From the NCBI GenBank assembly GCA_052327205.1, contig CM126203.1, forward strand, positions 376,278,001 to 376,342,000: a DNA stretch of 64,000 nt, given 5' to 3'. Origin of the DNA: Somniosus microcephalus. Lineage: Eukaryota. Both the position numbers and the translations under genes were made by a program. Shown here piece by piece: positions 11,570 to 24,929 of this stretch (position 1 is the stretch's first letter; each line of letters begins with the position of its first letter). The notes beneath the pieces were generated by a model that had not been told where the DNA came from, ran no database searches, and saw only the letters and a list, made by a program, of their open reading frames with translations.

Positions 11570-12200
11570 AAAATAGAATTGTAGAATTCTTTCGGCCCAT
11601 CATGCCTGTGCTGGCTCTCTGAAAGAGGTAACCGATTAGTTCTATCCCCCTGCCTTTTCCCCATACCCTATTAAATATTTATCCACTTCCCTCTTAAAAG
11701 CTATTGTGGATTGTGTCTTTGATAGGGAATTCCATGACCTAACAATTCACTGCACAAAAAATATTTCTCCTAACGTCTCCCACCATTTCTTTTTGGTTGT
11801 GATCTTAAATTTATGCCCTCTAGTCACTGACTCACTGACCAGTGGAAATAGTTTTTCCTGAGTTATATTAAAAAAAAACTCTCATAATTTTGAACACCTC
11901 TATCAAATCTCCTCTTAACCTTCTCGGTTATAATGAAAAGGGCCGCAGCTTCTTTAGTCTCCTCCTCATGTCTAAAGCCTCTCATCCCTGGTATCGTCTT
12001 AGCAAATCCCTTCTACACTCTCTCCATGGCCTCAACCCAAAACTGAGCACACAATAGTTAGCCTAACCAATGATTTGTAGAGATTTATAATTACCTCTTT
12101 GCTTTTGTACTCTCTGCCACTATTTATAAAACCTAGGATCCCATATTTTTTAGCAGCCTTATCAACTTGTCCTCCCACTTTTAAAGTATCAAAAGCCTTA
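11570..12200 (-). mobile_element. Degraded CR1 LINE 3' fragment
   Basis: Reverse strand resembles the CR1 ORF2 C-terminus and 3' UTR seen in younger copies. Confidence 0.6.
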
Positions 12201-12569
12201 AGTGTCTCTGCTCCTCTACTTTTTATGTCTATGAAATCCTTTGCTATTTCCTCTTGTGTTCTCTAGTGCTTTCTTTTTACCCCCTTAACCTCTTGATTCT
12301 TTTCTGCCCCCTTTATATTTTCTGTACTCTGACTTCCTTTTGTTTTATTAACCATATATTTGTTTTAATTGTCTTTTTAATTTCTCTACTCATCCACACA
12401 CCTCCAACTTTTGCTGCACCCACTTTAGTTCTTTTGGAATATATCTTGTGTTTGAAAATTTTCCACTGTTGTATCTGCCATTTTATTTTATTTTCATTTT
12501 TATCTGGGCCACTTCCCTATTAATCTTGTTGCAGTTAAGTTTTTTTTCCGTGAAGTTCCTTTATCTTTC

Positions 12570-12921
12570 ACAGAATCACAGAAACCCCACAGTGCAGATA
12601 GAGGCCATTTCGGCCAATCGAGCCTGCACCGACACATATCCCACCCGATCCCCGTAACCCCTACACCAACACATATCCCACCCTATCCCCGTAACCCCAT
12701 GTATTTAATCCCCCTAACACTAAGGGTCAATTTATCATAGCCAATCAACCTAACTCGCACATCTTTGGACTGTGGGAGGAAACCGGAGCACCCGGAGGAA
12801 ACCCACGCAAACACGGGGAGAATGTGCAAACTCCACACAGACAGTCACCCGAGGCCGGATTCGAACCCGGGTCCCTGGCGCTGTGAGGCAACAGTGCTAA
12901 CCACTATGCCACCGTGCTGCC
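12570..12921 (-). mobile_element. HE1-type V-SINE (elasmobranch)
   Basis: Reverse strand reads GCAGCACGGTGGCATAGTGGTTAGCAC...GGTTCGAATCC, V-domain TGTGTGGAGTTTGCACATTCTCCCCGTG..GGGTTTCCTCCGGGTGCTCCGGTTTCCTCCCACAGTCCAAAGA, then a CR1-like tail. Confidence 0.9.
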
Positions 12922-13549
12922 ATCTTTGTTTCCTGTTTTTTCCCATCTTTATATTGAACTTAGTTATGTTCTGGTCGTTGGTTCCAAGATGTTTTTCTAC
13001 CCTTACATTACCTAGTTGCCCATTCATTTCCTAGAACTAGATCCAGCACTTCCCTCTTACTGAACTACAACGTACTGAACTAGGAGGTCCTGGGCACAGT
13101 GTAGGAATCTTTCCTCCTCCTTTACACCAGTCTGTCTTTAGCTAGTTAAAGTCAGATATTATTTGGCCCTCCTGTTTCTCCGTTTTTCTCCAGTTTTTTC
13201 TCCATATCTCCTACTCCAGCATTCAGCAGTCTATAATAAACTCCCGACACAGTAGCAGTCCCCTTCTTATTCCTCATCTGACCGTAGTGATTCACCATCC
13301 CCTATATTCTAGAGCCGTTATGTCAGTCACAGCACCGAGCGGGCATCTGAAGAGCAACGTTGAAAGAGTCGGTGGCTGATCTTTTCCCTGTGGAGTGGGT
13401 TTGGGCCTGGTGAAGTGAGAGGAGGTCAGTCTGTCTGTAGTGACCGAGCTGTGGACTTTGAGTTGCGGTGCAGCATAATCTGCGGCCACTTGTTCTAAGT
13501 TGGAAAGGCCAGTGCAGCATTTCCGTTATGCTCCTGGTCAGTGAAAGCA

Positions 13550-14345
13550 TTCACCTCAGGAAGGATTTATTGGCATTGGAGGGGGTGCAGCGTAAATTCA
13601 CCAGAATGATACCGGGGTATAGGATTATTAGGACAAATTGCATAAACGTTGCCTTGAGTATAGAACATTAAGGGGTGAACTAATTGAGGTATTTAAGATG
13701 ATAAAAGGATTAGCTAGGTTGGAGAAAGAGAAACTTATTTCCTCTTGTTGAGGAATCCAGAAATAGGGGGCACAATCTTAAAATTAGAGCTAGGCCGTTC
13801 AGGAGTGAAATCAGGAAACAATTCTTCATGCACAGGGTAGTGGAAATCTGGAACTCTTTCCCCCCCCGCAAGAGGCTGTGGATGTTGGGGGGTTCTGTTG
13901 GAGCTTTCGAGACTGAGATCGATAGATTCTCGTTAGGTAAGGGTATCCAAGGATATTCAAGATTCAAGATCATTTTATTGCCATATGTAACTAGTACAAT
14001 GGAATGCTTACTCCCCACTCACTCCCACAATACAAGCATATAATATAAAAGCAAAAAAATAAAAACAAGTATAAATAAAAACAATAAGCAAATAAGCAAA
14101 AAGTATAGCAATAACAGTCCAAGTTGCAGGATATGATGAATAGTACAAAAAAGCCTCAATTACCACTAGAAATAATAGTAATGTAATATGATAAATATAT
14201 GGTAATATAAGTATAATATATATATTTACATAAACATATAACTATAATATATGGGGCAGTGTGATTAGCAGTTCAGTAGGCGCACTGCCATGATCTAGTT
14301 GAATGGTGCCACAGGCTCGAGTTGCTGAATGGCCTCCTGTGTAAT
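13550..14345 (+). mobile_element. CR1 3' fragment interrupted (about 13956-14290) by an AT-rich reverse-strand LINE tail
   Basis: LRKDLLALEGVQRKFTRMIPG and HRVVEIWNS motifs; insert begins TTCAAGATTCAAGATCATTTTATTG (microsatellite tail plus AATAAA on the minus strand). Confidence 0.6.
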
Positions 14346-14724
14346 TCCTGTGCAACAACCCAACTGTGAGCTCCTCCCATTTGGGAAGCTGTGTCAGAAT
14401 TACAGCTTTTCATTCAAAGTATCTACCTAGAATATTTTAAAAATCTTGGGCCTGCCTGTGCGCTTCATGTCGACTTTTTCCGTTATAATTACCTGTCTCC
14501 CCATTTATAATTGAAAAGGCCTTTGTAGAACACTGTAATTACACCTTCCCAGTGGAAGCGCAGTCTTGTCCTCCTGTACGCAACTCCATGGGACATCAAC
14601 TGGCAATACATATTTTAATTTAGTTAGTCAAAAATTGTGCGGAATTATGTTTTAATGTAGAATTGTCACTTTATTTTTAAATACAAATGATAATTATTTC
14701 ATTAAGTGTTTTCTTACCCTGCAG

Positions 14725-14786
14725 GTTGCTGCAAGATGTGGAATATGACCATCAGCAAATTAACACCTTGTGTAACACTGGTGAAG
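14725..14786 (+). CDS. SEMA4F: Semaphorin-4F short exon (post-PSI linker)
   Basis: ccctgcag|G TTG CTG CAA GAT...GAAG|gtacct; (G)LLQDVEYDHQQINTLCNTGE matches the LVQDIE...SLC linker; phases 2 and 1 join the neighbouring exons. Confidence 0.8.
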
Positions 14787-16842
14787 GTACCTTTGATAAG
14801 ACACCCACCCCTCCATGCTCAGTAGATTTTCAATCCCCCAGTCCCCTCTCCTGGAAGTGGTAATGTTGGTAACTCGAGTGTCTCAACTAAATACCTCGTG
14901 CCAGCTTAGATATCTGTCGACGGGGTCCCCGGTCACTATCCAGTGACACCCCACTCTACTGGAAAATGTGCATTGTGCACATCGGGTTAAGACAATATCA
15001 GGTTTGGCTGTGATGCCCTCCATGGTCAAATATCCTGCTGGTACTGTCTAGGTGCACACATGAAGAATGTCCACTTGGTACAGTACCCAAAGGCTTCTGG
15101 CATCAATGGAACTGTAACCCAGCAAGAGTAAAGGGGAAGGTGGGGAAGAGAACATGGTCAAATGTGCTTGGATTTCCCAGGCCACTGTCTATGTCCAATT
15201 CTGGGCACCACACTTACCTTGGTGGGTTGCTGCAGTGCATCATGTAGATCGTACATACCGTAGCCAGTGCACCAGTGGTGGAGGGGTAGATATTGAGCCC
15301 AGAGGCAGGGGCACCGATAAATCAATCTGCTTTGTCCTCAGTGGTGTTGAGTTTCTTTAATGTTACTGCAGCTTCACCTTTCTAGGCAAGTGATGAATAT
15401 TGCCTCAGAACGTTGGCCATGCATGTCCTCAAGGTAAAAGTTGAAGGGAGGATCACTTTATTAAAGGCCTAAAAAAATGTCGAAGGGGATTGTCCAGCTG
15501 CAACACCACTAATAGACTGCCAGATGAGGAGAGTCTTTCAGGATTCAGGCAGCGAGCCACTAGACTGGCAATGCAACATTGATGCTTTGTTTATTTTATT
15601 GTTACACTTCTGTGGCTGTCTGTAATGGTCACTTTGTGGTAGGCACAGGTCACTTCTCAATGTACCTTCCATCTGCTGACACCATACGCTCCTGCTGTAA
15701 GACCTGAACCAACAAGACTGGTGGCTGCAGAGTGCTGAGACTGGGAGAGTCTCCAAGATAAGAGATTAAGTCCGCTGGTAGCCGTCTGTGGCCATTCTTT
15801 GTGTGCGAACCTGGACATTGAGTGTTGGCAGGTTATTCAGTCCATCACCTTCCCTTTCAGGCAGTGCATTCCAGATCATCATAACTGCACACTTAAGAGC
15901 AGGAATCACTGAGGAGTGGTTAAGAGCAGGAATTTTGGCTGATTTCTTTTCATTCTCCCCGTCCCATGAGCCCAACAGTAGCCCGCTTACCTTGACACTG
16001 CTCTGTTAGCACAGCACAGAGAAAGATCCAACCCTGGGCCTTAACTGTTTGTATAGCTCAGTACAGCCCTGCACACAGAGGCACCGTTTTAAAAACATTA
16101 CAGCTGTTGGAATCTCTTCTTTAAAGGTTATGAGGAGGCAGAGTGGCACTGCTAGCAGCCACCATCCTGGACTGGGGGTGGGGGGGCAGGTGCGAGTTGC
16201 CCAGTGTGCTGAGTTTCCGAACATTAACCGTGCTATTACAGGGAGCCACAGAGCAAGGACCACGCGGGAAAAATTAAGGCAGGGTCAGTTCATTATTGAC
16301 ACAAAAATGTTGAATGGGACCATACGGCTGCAATATCATTAATAGACTGCCAGAACATAAGAAATAGCAGGAATAGGCCATTCAGCCTCTCAAGCCTGCT
16401 CCACCATTCAATAAAATCATGACCAATCTGATCTTGGCCTCAACTCCACTTTCCTGCCCGCTCCCCATAACCCTTGACTCCCCTGTAGACCAAGTATCTT
16501 TCTTTCTCACTGGAATATATCTTGAGAATTATGAAATATCTCCTTAAAGGTCTGCTACAACTTATCTACCGTCTTACCTTTTAAACTATTTTCCCAGTCC
16601 ACTTTAGTCAACTCTGTCTTCATACCCTATTAATTGCCTTTATTTAAGTTTAAGGCACTAGTTTCAGATCCAAATTTCTCACCCTCAAATGTTATGATCA
16701 CTCTTCCCTAGAGGATCCTTTACTGTGAGATCATTAATTAAGCCAGTGAGCAGCTACTGGATGACACAAGCTGGCACCAATAATATAGCAGTTTTTTCTT
16801 GTGAACCAGCTGCAACCCTTTATGAGTTAGCACTCCTGGAAC

Positions 16843-17200
16843 TGTGGAGGAACAAAGTGATTTGGGCATCCATGTACAGAAATCGCTAAAAGCGAGTGGA
16901 CAGGTACAAAAAGCAACCAAAAAGGCCAATGGAATATTGGCCTTTATCTCGAGGGGTGTGGAATACAAAGGGGAGGAAGTGATGCTTCAGTTGTACAGAG
17001 TCTTGGTCAGACCCCATATGGAGTACTGCGTTCAGTTCTGGGCACCGCACCTCAGGAAGGGGTATACTGGCCTTGGAGGGGGAGCAGCACAGATTCACCA
17101 GAATGATACCAGGGCTTAAGGGGTTAAATAAACTTGGCTTGTATTCCTTCGAGTTTAGAAGGTTGAGGGATGATCGAGGTATTTAAAACAATAAAAGGAT
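16843..17200 (+). mobile_element. CR1 ORF2 fragment (continues about 21630-21780 after the nested CR1)
   Basis: DLGIHVQKSLK...LYRVLVRPHMEYCVQFWAP. Confidence 0.7.
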
Positions 17201-17221
17201 TCATAGAAATGTGTTGTTGTT

Positions 17222-20200
17222 ACATAGAAACATAGAAGATAGGAGCAGGAGTAGGCCATTCGGCCCCTCGAGCCTGCTCCGCCATTCAATGCGATCATGG
17301 CTGATCATCCAAATTCAGTACCCTGTCCCTGCTTTCTCCCCATATCCCTTGATCCCTTTAGCCTTAAGAAATATATCCAACTCCTTCTTGAATATATTTA
17401 ATGAATTGGCCTCTACTGCCTTCTGTGGCAGAGAATTCCACAGGTTCACCACTCTCTGGGTGAAGAAATTCCTCCTCATTTCTGTCCTAAATGGCTTACC
17501 CCTTATCCTTAGACTGTGACCCCTGGTTCTGGACTCCCCGACCATCGGGAACATCCTTCCTGCATCTAGTCTGTCCAGTCCTGTCAGAATTTTATAAGTT
17601 TCAATGAGATCCCCTCTCATTCTTCTAAACTCCAGCGAGTATAAGCCCAATCGACCCAATCTCTCCTCATACGTTATTCCTGCCATCCCAGGTATCAGCC
17701 TGGTGAATCTTCGCTGAACTCCTTCCATGGCAAGAACATCCTTCCTCAGATAAGGCGACCAAAACTGCACACAATAGTCAAGATGTGGTCTCACCAAGGC
17801 CCTGTACAACTGCAGCAAGACATCCTTGTTCCTGTACTCAAACCCTCTCGCTACGAAGGCCAACATACCATTTGCCTTCTTTAACCGCCTGCTGCACCTG
17901 CATACTTACCTTCAGCGACTGGTACACAAGGACACCCAGGCCTCGTTGCACTTCCCCTTCTCCCAATCTACAGTATTGCCATTCAGATAATAATCTGCCT
18001 TCCTGTTTTTGACACCAAAGTGGATAACCTCGCATTTATCCACGTTATATTGCAACTGCCACGCTTCTGCCCAATCACCCAACCTGTCCAAATCATACTG
18101 GAGTTTCTCGGCATCCTCCTCACAGCACACACGCCCACCCAGCTTTGTGTCGTCTGCAAACTTGGAGATATTACATCTAGTTCCCTTGTCTAGATCATTA
18201 ATATATATTGTGAATAGCTGGGGTCCAAGGACTGATCCCTGCGGTACCCCACTAGTCACTGCCTGCCAGTCGGAAAAAGACCTGCTGCACTCTTATTTTT
18301 AAATATTCTGTCCCTTCCTGTCACACTCTGGTTATTATTTTCCCCATCTCTATCCTGCTCTATTGTTTTCTCATTTCTCATTGACTTTTTAAATTCCTGC
18401 TCACCTGGACCTCCCCCCCACTCTTTAGTTTAAAGCCCTCTCTACAGCCCTAGTTATTCGATTTGCCAGGACTCTAGCCCCAGCACGGTTCAAGTGAAGC
18501 CCGTCCACATGAACGGCTCCCTCTTATCCCAGAACTGGTGCCAGTGCCCCACAAATCGAAACCCATTTCTCCCACACCAGTCTTTGAGCCACTCGTTCAT
18601 TTCTCTGATCTTATTTACCCTATGCAAATTTGCTCGTGGCTCCGGTAGTAATCCAGAGATTATTACCTTTGTGGTTCTGCTTTTGAATTTAGCCCCTAGC
18701 TGCTCATACTCCCTCAGCAGAACCTCTTTCTTTGTCCTACCTATGTCATTGGTACCTACGTGGACCATGACAACTGGATCTTCCCCCTCCCACTCCAAGT
18801 TCCTCTCCAGCCCAGAGGAGATGTCCTTAACCCTGGCACCGGGCAGGCAACACAGCTTGCGGGACTCACGCTCTCGGCTGCAGAGAACAGTATCTATTCC
18901 CCTAACTATACTGTTCCCTGTCACTACAACATTTATTTTTACTCACCCCACTTGAATGGCTCCCTGTATCACGGTGCTGTGGTCAGAGTGCTCATCCTCC
19001 CTGCAGTCCCTGCCCTCGACCACACAGGGAACAAGAACCTCGTACCTGTTAGACAAGGCCAAGGGCTGAGGCTCTTCCATCACTATCTCCTGGATCCCAA
19101 TACCTGCCTCGCTTGTAGTCACACCCTCCTGTCCCTGACCATGGGTCAAATTGGAAGTAATTACTGTAGTGGGTGTGACTGCCTCCTGGAACTTAGTGTC
19201 CAGGTAACGCTCCCCCTCCCTAATGTGTCGCAGTGTCTGAAGCTCGGACTCCAGCTCATCAACTCTGAGCTGAAGTTCCTCGAGCAACCAGCATTTGCTG
19301 CAGATATAGTCGCTGTGGACCTCAATGGTGTCTACCAGCTCCCACATGCAACAACAAATAGATAAGGGAGAACCAGTGGATGTGGTGTATTTGGACTTTC
19401 AGAAGGCTTTCGATAAAGTCCCGCATAAGAGATTAGCGTGTAAAGTTAAGGCACATGGGATTGGGGGCAAGGTACTGACTTGGGTAGAGAACTGGTTGGC
19501 AGACAGGAAGCAAAAAGTTGGAATAAACGGGTCTTTTTCCGAGTGGTAGGCAGTGACTAGTGGGGTACCGCAGGGATCGGTCCTAGAACTCCAGCTATTC
19601 ACAATATATATTAATGAGCTAGACGAGGGAACTAGATGTAATATCTCTAAGTTTGCAGGCGACACAAAGCTAGGCGGGCGTGTGTGCTGTGAGGAGGATG
19701 CCGAGAAACTCCAGTATGATTTGGACAGGTTGGGTGATTGGGCAGATGCATGGTAGATGCAGTATAATGTGGATAAATGCGAGGTTATCCACTTTGGTGG
19801 CAAAAACAGGAAGGCAGATTATTATCTGAACGACAATAGATTGGGAGAAGGGGAAGTGTAACGAGACCTGGGTGTCCTTGTGCACCAGTCGCTGAAGGTA
19901 AGCACGCAGGTGCAGCAGGCGGTTAAGAAGGCAAATGGTATGTTGGCCTTCGTAGCGAGAGGGTTCGAGTACAGGAACAAGGATGTCTTGCTGCAGTTTT
20001 ACAGGGCCTTGGTGAGACCACACCTTGAGTATTGTGTGCAGTTTTGGTCGCCTTATCTGAGGAAGGATGTTCTTGCCATGGAGGGAGTGCAGCAAAGATT
20101 CACCAGACTGATACCTGGGATGGCAGGAATGACGTATGAGGAGAGATTGGGTCGATTGGGCTTATACTTGCTGGAGTTTAGAAGAATGAGAGGGGATCTC

Positions 20201-21625
20201 ATTGAAACTTATAAAAGTTTAACAGGACTAGACAGACTAAATGCAGGAAGGATGTTCCCGATGACCGGGGAGTCCAGAACCAGGGGTTACAGTCTAAGGA
20301 TAAGGGGTAAGCCATTTAGGACAGAGATGAGGAGGAATTTCTTCACCCAGAGAGTGGTGAACCTGTGAAATTCTCTACCACAGAAGGCAGTTGAGACCAA
20401 TTCATTAAATATATTCAAGAAGGAGTTAGATATATTTCTTAAGGCTAAAGGGATCAAGGGATATGGGGAGAAAGCAGGGACAGGATACTGAATTTGGATG
20501 ATCAGTCATGATCGCATTGAATGGCGGAGCAGGCTCGAGGGGCCGAATGGCTTACTCCTGCTCCTATCTTCTATCTATGACCCGTTTATTCCAACTCTTT
20601 GCTTTCTGTCTGCCAACCAGTTCTCTATCCAAGTCAATACCTTGCCCCCAATCCCATGTGCCTTAACTTTACATGCTAATTTCTTATGCGGGAGCTTATC
20701 GAAAGCCTTTTGAAAGTCCAAATATACCACATCCACTGGTTCTCCCTTATCTATTTTACCAGTTACATCCTCAAAAAATTCCAGTAGATTAGTCAAGCAC
20801 GATTTACCTTTTGTAAATCTATGTTGACTTTGCCCGATCCTGTCACTGTTTTCCAAGTGCTCTGCTATTACATCTTTTATAATGGACTCTAGCATTTTCC
20901 CCACTACCGATGTCAGGCTTACTGGTCTGTAATTCCCTGTTTTCTCTCTACCACCTTTTTTGAATAGTGGGGTAACATTAGCTACCCTCCAATCCATGGG
21001 AACTGTTCCAGATTCCATCGAATGTTGGAAGATGATCAGCAATGCATCTACTATTTCTAGGGCCACTTCCTTAAGTACCCTAGGATGTAGATTATCAGGC
21101 CCTGGGGATTTATCGGCCTCCAATCCCATCAATTTCCCTAACACTATTTCCCTACAAATACTGATTTCTTTCAGTTCCTCCCTTTCATCAGACCCTATGT
21201 TCTCTGGCATCTCTGGGAGGTTATTTGTGTCCTCCTTTGTGAAGACAGAAGCAAAATATGTATTTAATTGGTCTGCCATTTCTTTGTTCCCCATTATAAA
21301 TTCCCCTGATTCTGATTGCAAGGGACCTACGCTTGACTTCACCAATCTTTTTCTCTTCACATATCTATAAAAACTTTTACAGTCAGTTTTTATGTTCCCT
21401 GCAAGCTTACTCTCATATTCTATTTTCCCCCTCTTAATTAATCCCTTTGTCCTCCTTTGTTGAATCCTAAACTGCTCCCAGTCCTCAGGTTTACTGCTTT
21501 TTCTGCCCTCTCCTTGGATCTTATGCTATCCCTAATTTCCTTTGTTAGCCACGGTTGAGTCACCTTTTTTGTTTTATTTTTATGCCAAACTGGGATGAAC
21601 AAATTCTGTAGTTCATCCATGCGAT
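17222..21625 (-). mobile_element. 5'-truncated CR1 LINE split by a younger CR1 insertion at 18283-20578
   Basis: ORF2 reads continuously across the insert (...RVGINGS | [15 protein letters not shown]...FADD); (CATAGAAA)n tail at 17222. Confidence 0.85.
18283..20578 (+). mobile_element. CR1 insertion with inverted 5' segment (ORF1 on -, 18283-19350; RT 3' end on +, about 19355-20578)
   Basis: GACC duplication at 18279-18282 and 20579-20582; inverted part encodes SGNH-esterase ORF1 (GNSIVRG, CCLPGARV, VHVGTND). Confidence 0.75.
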
Positions 21626-22323
21626 CTTTGATTCAATAGGGTAGGAACAGAGAAATGATTTCCTCTGGTGGGGGAGTCTAGAACAAGAGGACACAATCTT
21701 CAAATTAGAGCTAGGCCATTCAGGAGTGAAATCAGGAAGCACTTTTTATCACAAAGGATAGTGGAAATCTGGAACTCTCAGAGGCACTATCTCTCAGATG
21801 AGACATTAAACCGAGGCTCTGTCTATCTGGTCAGTGGATGTCAAAGATCCCATGGCATTATTCAAAGAAGAGCAGGGAATTTCTCCTGGCGCAAAACCAT
21901 GCAGGGCAGAGCTGTTTGCTCAATCAGTGTCCCTGCCTCTGGGCTCAATATCCACCCCTCCACCACCGGCTCACTAGCTGCAGTTTGTACGATCGACATG
22001 ATACACTGCAGCAACTCTCCGAGCTTATGTCTTTCAGATAAGACATTAAAACAGTTCAGGTGGATATGAAAGATCCCTCGGCACTATTGGAAGAAGAGCA
22101 GTCCTGGCCAATATTCATCCCTCAATCAGCATCACTACAAACAGATTATCTGCTCATTATCGCATTGTTGTTTGTGGGTGCTTGTGCGCATTTCCTACAT
22201 TACAACAGTGTACATCATTGGCTGCAAAGCACTTTGGGGCCTTGCCCTATTTAATCTCCACTGGCAACATTTAAAGCTCAGTGCTGTCCATAAACTTGTG
22301 TCTCGTTGCTTTTTGTTTTCCAG

Positions 22324-22943
22324 ACCATCATGACCCGGTGCCGAAGGTGGTACCAGTGGTGATGGGGACCACAGTTTTCCTTCAGTGTGTACCCAGTTCC
22401 GCCTGGTCAGGCTGTCACTGGAAAACGCCCAATGGAAACTTGAGCAACAATGACAGAGCCGGAGGGATTGACGTGACAGCCACACAAAGCAGCCTGGGCG
22501 ATTACAAGTGCATATGCGTTGAGGAGGGAGTGCAGACTGCTGAAGCTTTGTACAGCCTGGAGCTAGGGCCTTCGACCGACCCCAGGAAGGATACAAATTC
22601 TGCCACTTATCTCCTGATGTTTGTCTTCCTGGTCGTTGGCCTTATTCTTGGTGCTCTCGCCTACAAGTACGGCCACCAGTGGTACAAGAACAAAAAGGCG
22701 TCGAAGGGCGGCTATAACGGGGATTACACAGATGTAGCAGGGGGGACCACGGTTCCCAGTTTGGGCTCCACCGATGAAACCCAGCCCTTGACCATCGGCC
22801 AGGGGAGCAGTTCAGGTTTAAATGGAACTGGTGAAAAAGTGATTTATGAAAACGTGGGGAAGGAAGTGAACGGAGTGAACACGGGCCCTTCGAGAAACCA
22901 CGCTATTTCTATCATATCGTGCCAGGACGAAACCTCGATTTAA
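22324..22943 (+). CDS. SEMA4F: Semaphorin-4F terminal coding exon (Ig domain, transmembrane helix, cytoplasmic tail)
   Basis: ttttccag| acceptor; VFLQCVPSSAWSGCHW...YKCICVEEG Ig domain; LLMFVFLVVGLILGALAY TM; ends CQDETSI*, matching the SEMA4F PDZ-binding DETSI terminus. Confidence 0.9.
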
Positions 22944-24748
22944 TCACCGGCTGACAGGCAGACTGAAGCCCTTGAAGAATGCGGCCCGAAAGAGTAGTCG
23001 AGCACCTGCTTCACAAATACCTGTTTTTTTTAAAATTGCCTGTGTTGCTGTTGCTTTTAATTCTGTCCACTTGTCTTTCTTCCAGGTAAGAAAGTGTAGA
23101 GTTTGGGGGCCTGCCTGTGGCCTCCACTCCATCTTTGTCACATCAGCTTCATGCATGCCTGGCAAAGAGCCCTCATCTTGTTCGGTGGTGGGGGGACGCC
23201 ATTCTGTTTGCAGCCGCACTGTTTGAGACATTGTGACGGCACCATGCAACCTTTAACCCTCTGAGGACCACCCAAATTGCCAGTTTTAGTTTATGCCCCA
23301 AAAAATAAATTGAAATTGTTGGATCCTGTGAATAAATGTATATATTTTGTAAAGAGCGAGCCTGGTTATAACGACGGCGAGCAGTTGAGCCGCTCGGACC
23401 AAGGGGCTCTGGGTTTGACCCCTGTTCTGTGCCGAGTTCACTGATCTCAGTCCGAGCTGTCGGCGAGGATGGCCCCGACCCTGGGCCAAGGAGAGTAAAT
23501 ATCAGACCCGGGATTCCTGCTCCTGATCACCATCCAGTGACCACTGCTGCAGAGGACACTCGTAGATGTGGCAAGAGGTCAGGAACGGCCTCGAATGTCC
23601 TGCTAGTAGCGGTCACTTAATTTGTAAAGCTATGGAGAAAGAGTGGGTGAGTGGGACGTATTGGGTAATTCTTTCAAACAGCCGACATAGGCACGATGGG
23701 CCAGATGGCCTCCTTCTGTGATGTATGATTCTGTGACTCTGCTCAGGTTTACACAGTGACCACTAGCCCGAGGTACTGCTGAGTGACCCCGCGCTCAAGC
23801 ATCCGCACTGCGAAAGGTATCAGCGCCTTCTGGATAGGGGAATTAGCAGAAGGGAAAGATGAAAATGACCACTAGTACTCAACATATTAAAACCACTGAT
23901 CTTGCGGGATTGCCGAGGACCTTTTACCTGTTTATCTTGGGCTATTGAACTACGTACTTACTGCTGGGGCTGCTCACCCCGAAGTGTACTCGGCCGACTT
24001 GCCTCATGGAGTAGGGATGCTGCTGTGTATAGCGCACCATCCCAGCATGCAGTCAAAACTTCTGGTGTGTGAACACTGGCAGTAATTCCAGCTCCCCCGG
24101 AGGTAGGGAGAGGTGAAGACTGGCACAGTCGGAGACACCGAGCGTCTGATTTCCAGTGGAATCCAGGGATTTAAACAAGTTAAATGGTGCTGAGCAGAAA
24201 GGAACAGACTGAGCACAGCCAGCAGTGTCCTCCCTCTCCCTTCCAGACTGTTTCAATGTTGTGGATTTCATTATACTCGGAACTGTCCTTGTGGATGATT
24301 GACTCAACTGTTGTAAATGTTCATTGAAGTTTTATTAGGTCTGCTGTGCTCTGCTGATTTTTGATATTTAGTGATTTTTCTGTTCTCGCTGTACGCAGTT
24401 ATAAGTGTCGCTCTCGCTTCTTTCCAAATCCACTTTGTAAGGATCCAATCTGACATCGACTACTGCTGTTCCAGTGCTCTTTGGACTGCAGTGGAAGTTG
24501 GGGGGAGAAATGTAGGTCATGTGCTGCATTGTGTCTGATTTATGTCCATTGCTACAGGTTTAACCTGGAAGACCAGTGGCTTCAGGGGGACCTCACTGCT
24601 GTCTCTAGGCATATTTAGTGTGTAGGCCCCACTACGCTGTGTGTGGGAGGGGAGGACTTGAACTTTAAGCCAATAAATATGTGCGATGTTCTTAATTCAT
24701 CACCTCAAATTGCTCCAACCAGTGACTGACCTGTAACCATCAGCGCTT

Positions 24749-24929
24749 CGGGTAATTTTAACTTTGAGCGAGTGTAAAATGGACGATATCAAAATGGCCG
24801 CCCATTATATACCCCGCCCGATATTCCCGTCCATTGACTTCAAAGGAAAGGAAATCGAGCGGCATGTATAATGGCCGGCTAATCCGATATCGCCCATTTT
24901 ACGCTGTCGGCCAAAATTAAAATTACCCC
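24749..24929. mobile_element. Short palindromic Harbinger-like MITE downstream of the SEMA4F stop (possibly in the 3' UTR)
   Basis: TIRs GGGTAATTTTAA / TTAAAATTACCC extended by GTAAAATGG.CGATATC / GATATCG.CCATTTTAC; CTT flanks. Confidence 0.65.

Noticed and set aside
12845-12921. tRNA-like sequences (also at 10413 and 28517)
   Set aside because: These are SINE heads followed by SINE bodies and tails, not complete cloverleaf tRNA genes.
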